Below are positions 1-9,900 of a DNA stretch of 20,530 bases, one piece after another. Every line of letters starts with the position of its first letter. Position 1 is the stretch's first letter. The notes beneath the pieces were generated by a model that saw only the letters and a list, made by a program, of their open reading frames with translations, made no database searches and had not been told where the DNA came from. Location of the stretch: contig JBHGNT010000567.1 of the NCBI GenBank assembly GCA_043228905.1, positions 1-20,530 on the forward strand. Reading direction: 5' to 3'. The position numbers were made by a program, and so were the translations under genes. The stretch comes from Azolla caroliniana (Eukaryota > Plantae > Polypodiophyta).

Positions 1-837
1 AGGTTGTTGTCTATAATTGATAGGAATGTTAAGTTATTGTTTACCCTCATCGTGACATTGTTTTGGTTTACTTGTTATGCAAACATGTGACAGTGAGAAG
101 ATGAGTGATGAGTGATGAGTGATGAGTGATGAGTGTCACTACTTTGATACATATGTCTACGAATGCAAACTCTTAACACAACTTTAGTACTAACGATAAG
201 TTTATTGTATCTAGGTTGTTGTCTATAATTGATAGGAATGTTAAGTTATTGTTTACCCTCATCATGATATTGTTCTAGTTTACTTGTTATGCAAACATGT
301 GACAGTGAGAAGATGAGTGATGAGTGATGAGTGATGAGTGATGAGTGATGAGTGATGAGTGATGAGTGTCACTACTTTGATACATATGTCTACGTTAGCA
401 AACTCTTAACACAGATTTAGTACTAACGATAAGTTTATTGTATCTAGGTTGTTGTCTATAATTGATAGGAATGTTAAGTTATTGTTTACCCTCATCGTGA
501 CATTGTTTTGGTTTACTTGTTATGCAAACATGTGATAGTGAGAAGATGAGTGATGAGTGATGAGTGATGAGTGTCACTACTTTGATACATATGTCTACGA
601 ATGCAAACTCTTAACACAACTTTAGTACTAACGATAAGTTTATTGTATCTAGGTTGTTGTCTGTGATTGATAGGAATGTTAAGTTATTGTTTACCCTCAT
701 CATGATATTGTTCTGGTTTACTTGTTATGCAAACATGTGACAGTGAGAAGATGAGTGATGAGTGATGAGTGATGAGTGACACTACTTTGATACATATGTC
801 TACGTTAGCAAACTCTTAACACAGATTTAGTACTAAC
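1..837. repeat. Tandem repeat, 4 units of about 205-233 bp, each with an internal (GATGAGT)n heptamer run; probably 3' non-coding repeats of the outer Sola2-like element
   Basis: Units begin AGGTTGTTGTCT at 1, 213, 446 and 651. Spacings of 212/233/205 differ by multiples of 7. The array may continue left of the window. Confidence 0.95.
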
Positions 838-985
838 TTGATATGCATTCTACTAACTTTGATACATATGAACTCCTAAAGAGTTATAGGCACACATATG
901 ATACATATGAACTACTAAAGAGTTATAGGCACACATATGAACTCTTAACTTTGATACATATGAACTCCTAACTTTGATACTAATG
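838..985. repeat. Short degenerate repeats (GATACATATGAACTCCTAA-like)
   Basis: Several copies of ACATATGAACT and CTAACTTTGATAC; AAAGAGTTATAGGCACACATATGA occurs twice. Confidence 0.7.
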
Positions 986-2099
986 TAGGCTCCATGTAAA
1001 AGAAACATACATATCTAAACCAAAGAGGAATATTGTTAGAAAATCCAAGATAAATATGAAAACCGGTTTTGATATATTTCCTTTCATGTGTAAGTCAGAG
1101 TTTGAATACATGCAAAAGTTACATTAGACACAACACTTGCCATTCTAGGCATTAAAGAGGGAGACCTCCCCCAATATGTGTTCGTGTACCCCTTTGGGGA
1201 CTTTGTAGACTGTGTTCTATCCCTTAACCTTGTGCTTTGCTTGAGTCATTTTGAGCTTGATTGCGATAATGGCATCAACATAGATCATTGCGGTGGGTGC
1301 ATCTTTTAACAATGCATATGTGTTCTTGCATTGTGGCAACTTTGCATAGTAGTTGCCATACACGACAGACTCACCAACATTGAACATGTTGCCCCAGCCA
1401 TCCCTCACGACTTCTTCCAATATTGTATTTCCTTGCTTGCACACCACAACATAGTAGTCTTCAAAATCTTCATCCTGAGGAGTTTTGAGCACTGCAAAAT
1501 GATCTCCAATTTCCAATAATGTTGCCAAGTCCTCACACTGATTGTAGTAGACAATATTGTCTAAATGTTCATTTTCTTGGATATTCACGTTGTCTTCTAT
1601 CTCTAGCTTCTGTAGCTTCCATGGCTCCACAATTGATAGATTGGTGCATTCATCCCAAGCTTCATCTAAACACATGGAACAAAAGCAAGATAAACTGCAG
1701 AATAACAATTGTGTTGTGTCCTTGCGACTAAACCCTAAAACACAATGGGTCTTGCGCGTCCCTTTCACGGTTTTACAACCGTATGATTTACTCCTATCCA
1801 CCTCATTAGCACGAACCTCAATAAACAATATATTCTTACCATCATTTGACATCTTCCATGTGACCCACCCCACAACATCATGTGCATTTTGTAGCTTAGC
1901 ACCTTTATTATCCAATTGCTCTGATGTAAGAGCACGCTTGATCACAGCCCCCGCGCCATCATGCTCTCCCTTTCCATGTCCAGACCCAAAGTAGTTCCAT
2001 TGCATCCTAATGTTTGTCAATGAGAAGTATCTGGGTGTTTTGCATGACAGTTAGCCAACAAACATAATTAATTGCATGCCTTAAACCATAATTATTACT

Positions 2100-2577
2100 T
2101 ATACATGAGTGAACAATACTAATATTTGAATCAATACAAATGAACAAGAGAGGATAGCACTAAGTTATTGATTAGTACTAATGCACGAGAGAGGATAATA
2201 CTAAGTTGGAAATTAAAACTAACAAATGAGAGAGGGAAGTGGTAAGTTATTAATTAGTACTGATGCATGAGAAAGGATAGTACTAAGTTGGAAATTAGTA
2301 CTAACAAACGAGAGAAGGGAGTGGTAAGTTACTAATCAGTACTAATGCATGAAAAAGAACAGCCATAAGTTATAAGTTGGTCGTAATGTACAGAGTTGGA
2401 GAGTACTAAGTTATTAATTAGTACTAATGCATGACAAAGGATAGTCCTAAGTTATAAGTTGTTCTTAATGAACAAAGTTGGATAGTTCTAAGTTTGTAAT
2501 TAGTACTAATGCATGACAGTGGACAGTCCATAGTACTAAGTTGGTCTTAATGAAGAAAGTAGGACAGTACTAAGTTA
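2100..2577. repeat. Degenerate AGTACTAA-rich intronic minisatellite, left half (continues at 15774)
   Basis: Recurrent TAGTACTAATGCATGA, AGTACTAAGTT and TAAGTTATAAGTTGGT units; the same units resume after the copia insertion. Confidence 0.8.
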
Positions 2578-2845
2578 TGACAAGAACTACACGCTCCGAT
2601 GAACACCGCTCGGCCACAACCGAGTGTAAGATCAAACACAGAAAACTTGAATGAATACACACGACACAAAGGAGAGAAGAGAACACAGGATGTTTAACGT
2701 GGAAAACCCTGAGAGGGAAAAACCACGGGAGTCCACAGACTCCAAACTATCACTATATCACAATGGTTACAACAGTGAGTTCACAGAGGCGACGACCTCA
2801 TGCTCACGATCTTCACCACAAACGGCGGTTACAACAGAGGCAACG

Positions 2846-2932
<87 letters not shown>

Positions 2933-3366
2933 CATTGTTACGCGCTCTAATCTTGCGCCAACAAGAATGACAACAACACAATTCTCTGTTTTCCCAAAGT
3001 CATATTTATACTAATATAACTTTCCTACTATTTACAAATATAGCCCCGATGGACTCTCAGAAAACATATTTACAAATATGTCCCTTCATCCGGTGAGCAC
3101 TTCTCACCGGGCCTTCATCGTCCGGCTCATGCCGGGTACTCCTCATCCGGTTCTCACCGGGTCTTCCGTAGCCGCGTACTCATCCGGCGCTTGCCGGGTA
3201 CACCACATCTGATTCTCACTAGGTCTTCCGTTGTCGGGTACTTGTCATCCAGTTCTCATCGGGTCTTCCGTAGTCGGGTACTCCAAATCCGGTTTCGGCC
3301 TTGGCCGAGTTTGCTCATCAGTACTGTTCTTCTCATTTCCCATCCGGAGGGACTTGTTTCCTAACA
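2578..3366 (-). repeat. 3' LTR of copia A (789 bp) containing a long (CT)n tract at about 2848-2927
   Basis: Starts TGACAAGAACTACACG and ends TTCCTAACA on the plus strand; matches 5655-5951 plus 15339-15773. Confidence 0.95.
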
Positions 3367-3368
3367 AA

Positions 3369-3383
3369 CTCCCCCTTCACTCC
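3369..3383 (-). promoter_or_regulatory. Polypurine tract of copia A
   Basis: Minus strand GGAGTGAAGGGGGAG, then TT, then the LTR start TGTTAG. Confidence 0.9.
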
Positions 3384-5624
3384 GGCATGGGATGTCTTAC
3401 TAGTCCGATCCCTTTCCGGCATGCATCCAGCTTGTCGGGTATAAGTACTTTGATCAGCATATCTGCTGGAACCCCTTCACCACGATCTTGGCTTTGTATC
3501 TCGAGGGGTTCCCGGCATCTCCCGGTTTCAACTTGTACACTCGGTAGCCGAACTCATCGTCGTTGTAACCGAGGAATATCTGTGGTCGGGTCTTCTGATC
3601 TAATTTTCCTCTCCGGTCCTTAGCTACATGCACATACGCAAGACACCCGAATACCTTCAGATGCCGGTAGGATACTTCCTTACCAGTCCATACTTTCTGT
3701 GGCGTGTCTCCATCCAAGGGTACTGAGGGTGATCTATTTATCACATATGTCGTCGTCGACAGTGCATCAGCCCAAAACTTCTTGGGTAGTTTTGCATGCG
3801 CCAGCATACTCCGGACCCTCTCCATTATGGTCCGGTTCATCCTCTCAGACAGCCCGTTCAGTTCCGGCGTCTTCGGCACGGTAAATTCGAGCCGGATTCC
3901 CTTCGAGCGACAGTACTCCTCGAACTGCCCCCGGTATTCGCCTCTATTATCTGCTCGAACCGCCTTCAGCTTCTGGCTGGTTTCTCTTTCCACTCTCGCG
4001 TGGAGCTCTTTGAAGACGGATAGCACCTGATCCTTCATCTTCAACGGTGTGGCCCACAGCTTCTGGTTGTGGTCATCTATGAACGTCACGAAGTACTGCG
4101 ATCCTACATGTGACTTCGAGTCCACTTGACACACATCAATATGCACCAACTCCAGTGGTGCATTACGTCTCATCGGTGGCCTTGTTCGGAAGGAGGTCCG
4201 GTTTTGCTTACCGGCCAGACAATCAGTGCACTTCTCCAAGTGCACATTCTTCACTGGAATGAGGTTGTCGTCTACAAGCCTCTTCATCCCCTTCTCACTC
4301 ATGTGACACAGCCTTTTGTGCCACACCTCACCGACAATGGCGGATGCCACGTTCACTTCCTCCGGACATAACTGGGCATTCATCAGGTACAGTGTGTTTA
4401 CCTTCCGGGCCCGAGCCACAATTAGGCTCCCTTTGCTGAACTTCATAGCACCATTCCGGATGCTACCCGTGTAGCCTTCATCATCTAGCCGACCGGCTGA
4501 TATCATGTTTAGACGAACCTCCGGAACGTGTCGGACATCCTTCAGCAGCAGCTTGCATCCGGTTGGTGTTGCCAACCACACGTTTCCTATGCCAACAATT
4601 CGGCAAGTACCTTCATTCCCCATCCGGACACAGCCATGATCACCGGCTGAGTAGGATGAGAAACATTTCCGGTCCGGGGTAAGGTGGAACGACGCTCCGG
4701 AGTCGACCACCCAGGTCATCTCGTCGCCGGCAAGGTTTAGCTCACTCTCCTCGGTGATAAGCATCAACTCTTCTTCACTTGCCGCGATTGTTGTCGTTCC
4801 CTTCCGGTCCGGCCCCCTCCGGTCTTTACCGTTCCGGTCCGGTGTCCGCTTCGAATCGGTACCGTCGATTTCCTTGTCTATTCGGAAATGCCGACAATTC
4901 TTCTGGAAGTGTCCCGGCTTGCCGTAATAGAAGCAAGTAGGCCTCCCCCTTGACTTTGACCGTGTCCCCGACTTTTCCCGGTTCTGGGGACTACGATTTC
5001 TTTGTCTTCCGCGTTCTGATTCGGTAAGGAGCGCTTTGGGGTCGGAGCTCGTATCCTTATCTTTCCGACGCGCCTCCTCATCTAGCAAGCTCGACTTCAC
5101 TCTTGCTAGGGATAACCGTTTACCTTCCGGCCCGGCGTTGCCCAAAGGGACAACCAACGTCTCCCAGCTATTCGAGAGGGAACCGAGCAGGAGTAGCGAA
5201 CCTCATCGGCGAGAGGTACTTCCAACGATGTTTCCTGGTGTATCAGCCCCTGGAAAGCATTCATGTGCTCCGCCATGCTGGAGCCATCTTGGTACCGGAG
5301 TCTTACTAGCTTCCGGAATACCGAAACCTAATTAACAGCATTTTTGTTTTGAAACATATTGTCGATCTTCTTCCCGAGCTCATGAGCCTTGCTCTCTTCA
5401 TTGAAGTTGTTCTATAGGCTCATGTCGATGAAGCACCGTATGTACGTCAATGTCTTCATGTGCATTACCTCCCATATCGCGGCGTCGATTTTGTCCAGTC
5501 TCTTGTCCCCGAACTGAACTGGCAGCCAGAGGTCTTTAACCACGAGCATGTCCCTCATCTTTGACTTCCACACCGAATAGTTGGAGCCAGTGAGCTTGAA
5601 CATGCCTCCCAACGAATCGTCCAT
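3377..5624 (-). pseudogene. gag-pol: Copia gag-pol remnant: gag (disrupted), Zn knuckle, protease, GAG-pre-integrase, integrase, then short RT and RNase H end fragments
   Basis: KLTGSNYSVWKSKM (gag N-terminus), CFYYGKPGHFQKNC (knuckle, C>Y), WVVDSGASFH, WHKRLCHMS, VHIDVC...RADNRGEY...PELNGLSERMNR, FGCLAYVHV, VYKLK...RYKAKIVVKGF, and out-of-frame PADMLIKVL. Stop at 5412 and disruptions in gag. Confidence 0.93.
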
Positions 5625-5639
5625 TTTCTGTGTCGTTTC

Positions 5640-5651
5640 GCTCTTATACCA
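5640..5651 (-). promoter_or_regulatory. Primer binding site (tRNA-iMet type, one mismatch)
   Basis: Minus strand TGGTATAAGAGC versus canonical TGGTATCAGAGC, 3 nt from the LTR's terminal CA. Confidence 0.9.
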
Positions 5652-5654
5652 GTT

Positions 5655-5951
5655 TGATAGGAACTACACGCTCCGATGAACACCGCTTGGCCACAACCGA
5701 GTCTAAGATCAAACACAGAAAACGGGAATGAATACACACGACACAAAGGAGAGAAGAGAACACATGATGTTTAACGTGGAAAACCCTGAGAGGGAAAAAC
5801 CACGGGAGTCCACAGTCTCCAAACTATCATTATATCACAATGGTTACAATAGTGAGTTCACAGAGGCGACGACCTCGTGCTCACGATCTTCGCCACAGGC
5901 GGCGGTTACAACAGAGGCAACGGCCTCTTCTTCTCTCTCTCTCTCTGTACA
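5655..5951 (-). repeat. 5' LTR of copia A, first fragment (split by the TIR element)
   Basis: TGATAGGAACTACACGCTCC... matches 2578 onward up to the (CT)n-GTACA site. Confidence 0.95.
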
Positions 5952-5987
5952 AACATGTTCGCGTTCACAAGTGGAAGGATTGCGCAT
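5952..5987 (+). repeat. Left TIR
   Basis: AACATGTTCGCGTTCACAAGTGGAAGGATTGCGCAT. Confidence 0.95.
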
Positions 5988-6999
5988 TCCACTTGTAGAA
6001 TCTTCTTAAAACGAAGAAAATACACCCTCTCTACAATAATTGGATGCACTAGTATCACATGTTCCTCAACTTGATAAGAATTTGCAAATATAAAAATACA
6101 TGATAGATCTACGAGTGGAGATCATTAGAAATCATGCAAGTTTAGACATGTTGATAAGTTAATGTAGGCATAATAAAGTTCAACTATGGCTCAATATGGC
6201 ACTATTGTGCGACAAGGGAAACACTAACTTAAAGACTTATATTAATTAGGTAGGTTTTACAAAAATATGAGGTGTACTTGTATCCATACTAATAAAATGA
6301 GATATAATTTATACTTTGACCCATACGTGCATGTATGTAATTGTGGAAAATGTAGGATAGTGCACATTAGGATAAGTGATTGGAATAACTAACTTATTAA
6401 AGTATTCAATACTTATATTAAAAGTTGATCTAATCTATTCCTCAGTTTGTTCATATGGGATCAAACCATATGTGTATATAATTGTGCACAATGTAAGGCA
6501 ATGAACTTTAGGATAATGTCGTGGAAATAACAAACCTATTAGGCTTTCATACCTGTATTTAAAATTGATCTACTCTATTGCTTAGGTGATTCACACAAGA
6601 TCAAACTCCGAACGATAACGCAACTGGAACCATTATCAACACACTACACAATCTAAGCAGCAATGGAATAGAAACATAATAGTTTTAACAATATAAGACA
6701 AAGATCCATAATAACAACATGGACAGTCATGGCAACAATTATAGGGCCATGTTCTGTTAAGGTTAGCTTGGACCAAAATTAGCCTCCATTTAAGCTAGTT
6801 CATGTTTCTCCATAAGTTTGGTAGTCAACTATGCACGCGGTGAAACCAATATCATAAATCTACTAATCAAGTATACAAAAATAAAATTGAAACATATAGA
6901 TGATTATAAAGAATAGAATCCACTAGGTAAAACCCAAAATTTGTTTTAATAATGTGAAATCTTAACAAATCGTCAGTGTCATATTCTTTATAGAGTCTA

Positions 7000-9900
7000 T
7001 TACATAGCAATCAATTCATCAACGTCATTTTCTTCATCATCTTGTGTAGAACTCTCTTCGGCTATACGTGCATTGGTTTCCCCTGTTAGCCAAGCCAACG
7101 AAATATCTTCTATAAGCTCATCATCAAGCTCTATTAGCTCCCCCGGTTCACCGGCTAACGGAGGAATAGGCTCTCGCGAAGCAGGTTGAAACCTTTCTGT
7201 ATTGGCGAGGTTCTTTGCACCGACCTCCTCATCCTGGTCTGGGCACTCCCACAAAGCCTTAATCCGCATATTAATAAATATAACTTGGTCCTCGTCCTTC
7301 TCCAATGCAACTGTATTTCTAAACAGCTTCAATGCACATGCTGACGTAGTTCCTATGATGTAAGTAACAAGAAGATTTAGTTGTCAAACAAAAAAAAAGT
7401 GATTGGTTATCTCAAGATCGTTACCCTAGTTCGAGGAATACCTGTGCCAGAAAAGAGATCTAATATCCAGTCTCCTTCGACAGAAAACATCTCGATCAAG
7501 CGCATCATAAGTCGTTGAGGTTTTTGGTATGGGTTGACAAGTCCCCGTTCTGTCGTGGTGACATGTCGCAATTTCCGAGTCACTGCTGGATATACCAACA
7601 GATTTGAACCTCCCACTTCATTAGAATGCTCTTTGATTCTCTGTTTTTTAATTTCATCGAAGTAGCCAACCGTTATGTATTCAATGGCATTAACGAACCG
7701 AAAAGTTGGCCCTCTATTTACATTGGTCTTGATCCTATAAAAAATAATTCAACGAGTTAAGAATAGATTCAACAACCTTAAGAATTGCAATATAATGAAA
7801 GACACCTATAAATAATCCTTACCATGCAAGGTTCTCGATGCCATGGCAACAAGATCTCAAAGCTTGAGCTACCGAGTACCCTTGGTCCATACTATGAAAG
7901 ACAACTATTCGCCACAAGGATGCGGTCGTTAGCTCAGCGAAATCCTTGACCATCTTCTCCAATTGTTTAAACCTAAACGGTTCATCGTCGTATGATGACC
8001 CAGCCATTCGAAATCCGTAAGGAATATCCGCAATCATTAGCGTATATTCCTTCTTTGGCACCTTCTGGATCAAGTCGATGACATCACCGCAAACCACATT
8101 GTAGTAAAGATCTCTCGTAATATCTTTTTTGTGGCTAAATTTTTTAAACGAGCCATCTTCCTCCATTTCGTACGCCTTGACTAAGCGACGATCCTTTTCT
8201 TTTCTGGCTCGCTCGAGATGTGCAAGGAAGGATGTAGGGAAATCGTGTATATCCTTAACTTCTCCTTGTTTCTTGCCTCGACACGGTTTCTAATAGAAGC
8301 AATAGGACATCAGGTATTATTATACAAGCTCTACATATGATGAAAGGGTAATGAAAAAACATGAATACTAACCCAATCCTTGAATGCAATAAAATACTCT
8401 GATAACGCCTTATACGAAGACGTTAGAGGATAATCCTCGGTCTCTTGTTCCCAAGTTATACATCCAAGTTGTTTCATCATAACTTCTTGGATCTTCATGT
8501 ACACCTTATGACTGTAAAATTAGAAATCAAGATTAGAACTTTGAATTACACAAGATAGACTACAATTTCAGTATTTGAAAGACTTACTTATTGAACTCAG
8601 TGACCATTTCTTCAAGGCTTAAATCTTTCGCCACAACCCTTGACAAAACCGACACAAGAAGCTGCTCGTCCTTAATACCTTGCATCGCTCTCCATAGAGA
8701 CAGCTTCATGTCGTCTGCCGCTTCTTCAATTGTCAAGTCAATTTTCTTGGCGGCTTGTGACTTTAATTCTAGTTGAGGGTCAACCCTACATTTCTTTTGT
8801 CGTTGACCCTTTACCTCCTTATTCTCCCACATTGAGAATATTTGATCTTGGAGGTCCCATACTTCTCCATCTCTAAACGCCAATTGAAACCAAGACTCAT
8901 ACTTTCGAAGACCATCGGACCTAACATTATCATCTACCACAATGCCGACTTCATGCAGACATTGACGTCGAAGGCCTGGATGTAACTTCACACCAAACTT
9001 TTGTTTCACATCTAAATACTCGTGGTGGAAGAACCGTATACGCTCAATAGACGACATTTTCTGCCGATAGTCATTATCATTATTATGGTCCCATGCCAAC
9101 AGCTTAGCCTCTTCGGTTGTGAGCCCAACATAAATTTTGCACTCGGCATACTTGAAGAAGAAAGTGGTTGGATGTTCTCTCACAAGTTGTCGACGTGCCT
9201 CTGCTGAATGCGATCCACCAATGACAAAATAATTATATTGATCATGCTTTCTGATATCAAAATCTTCAATGGTTTCACATTCTTCAGGATCCACCATAAC
9301 AATAAAAGGCACCACAGTGGCATGAGGATTAATTTTCATTTTTTTCTTGAGATTTTGAACATGCATGCGATGAGGCTCTCTAATCTCAAGTGGTCTTCGA
9401 CCTGTTTTTTCATCAATAGGGGGCCGATGGATGTGTGTTATAGGCAAATTAAATACTTGCCCTTTCCTGACCAGCTTCCGTTGCATTAACTCTCTCCTTA
9501 TTTTATTCTGCTCGGATGACAAGACACCCGAGGCCAGCTCGGCTCTTGGCGTCCCCTTATTATCCTCTTCTTCATTTTCACTTGTTGAATCCGTATCCGA
9601 CATTTTCGTTGTCTTCTTCTTGGCTGGTCTTGACTGAACTTTGGATACCTTTTTTGTGGCCTTCAAGGTGGAGGGCTCTTCATCTCTTAGAGTTACATGG
9701 CCTTGTATATAAGGCCTCAAGGTAACAATCAGGTTTTGTGAGTTATGAAGTGCTTTTTTGAACACTTCAGGCCCACAAGATTCCTTTACTAAAAGGTCTT
9801 CTGAAAGGAACACTTTACGTACCCCCTTGGAGCACTCTATCATTACCAGTATGTTGGCCGAATCTGCATCTTCGTAGTCAAATCGTAGAATTCGGCCATA

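Noticed and set aside
100-780. (GATGAGT)n as a telomeric repeat
   Set aside because: Lacks the G-run of TTTAGGG-type repeats and is embedded in a larger satellite unit.
2651-3014. ORFs with poly-(SL), also 5728..6009 and 19535..19927
   Set aside because: Translations of LTR sequence and (CT)n microsatellites.
3231-5335. Plus-strand ORFs over copia A, and 15482..15870
   Set aside because: Antisense shadows of GC-rich gag-pol or LTR sequence with no recognisable motifs.
5949-5951. 3-bp TSD (ACA), implying a CACTA or PIF-type element
   Set aside because: It makes the TIRs asymmetric; TACA gives symmetric AAC...GTT ends, and there are no CACTA termini or TNP2/Harbinger motifs.
6300-6610. Degenerate duplication of about 150 bp downstream of the MTase gene
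   Set aside because: Only loosely similar (CCATA..TG..TA..TAATTGTG..AATGTA.G); too weak to delimit or interpret by eye.
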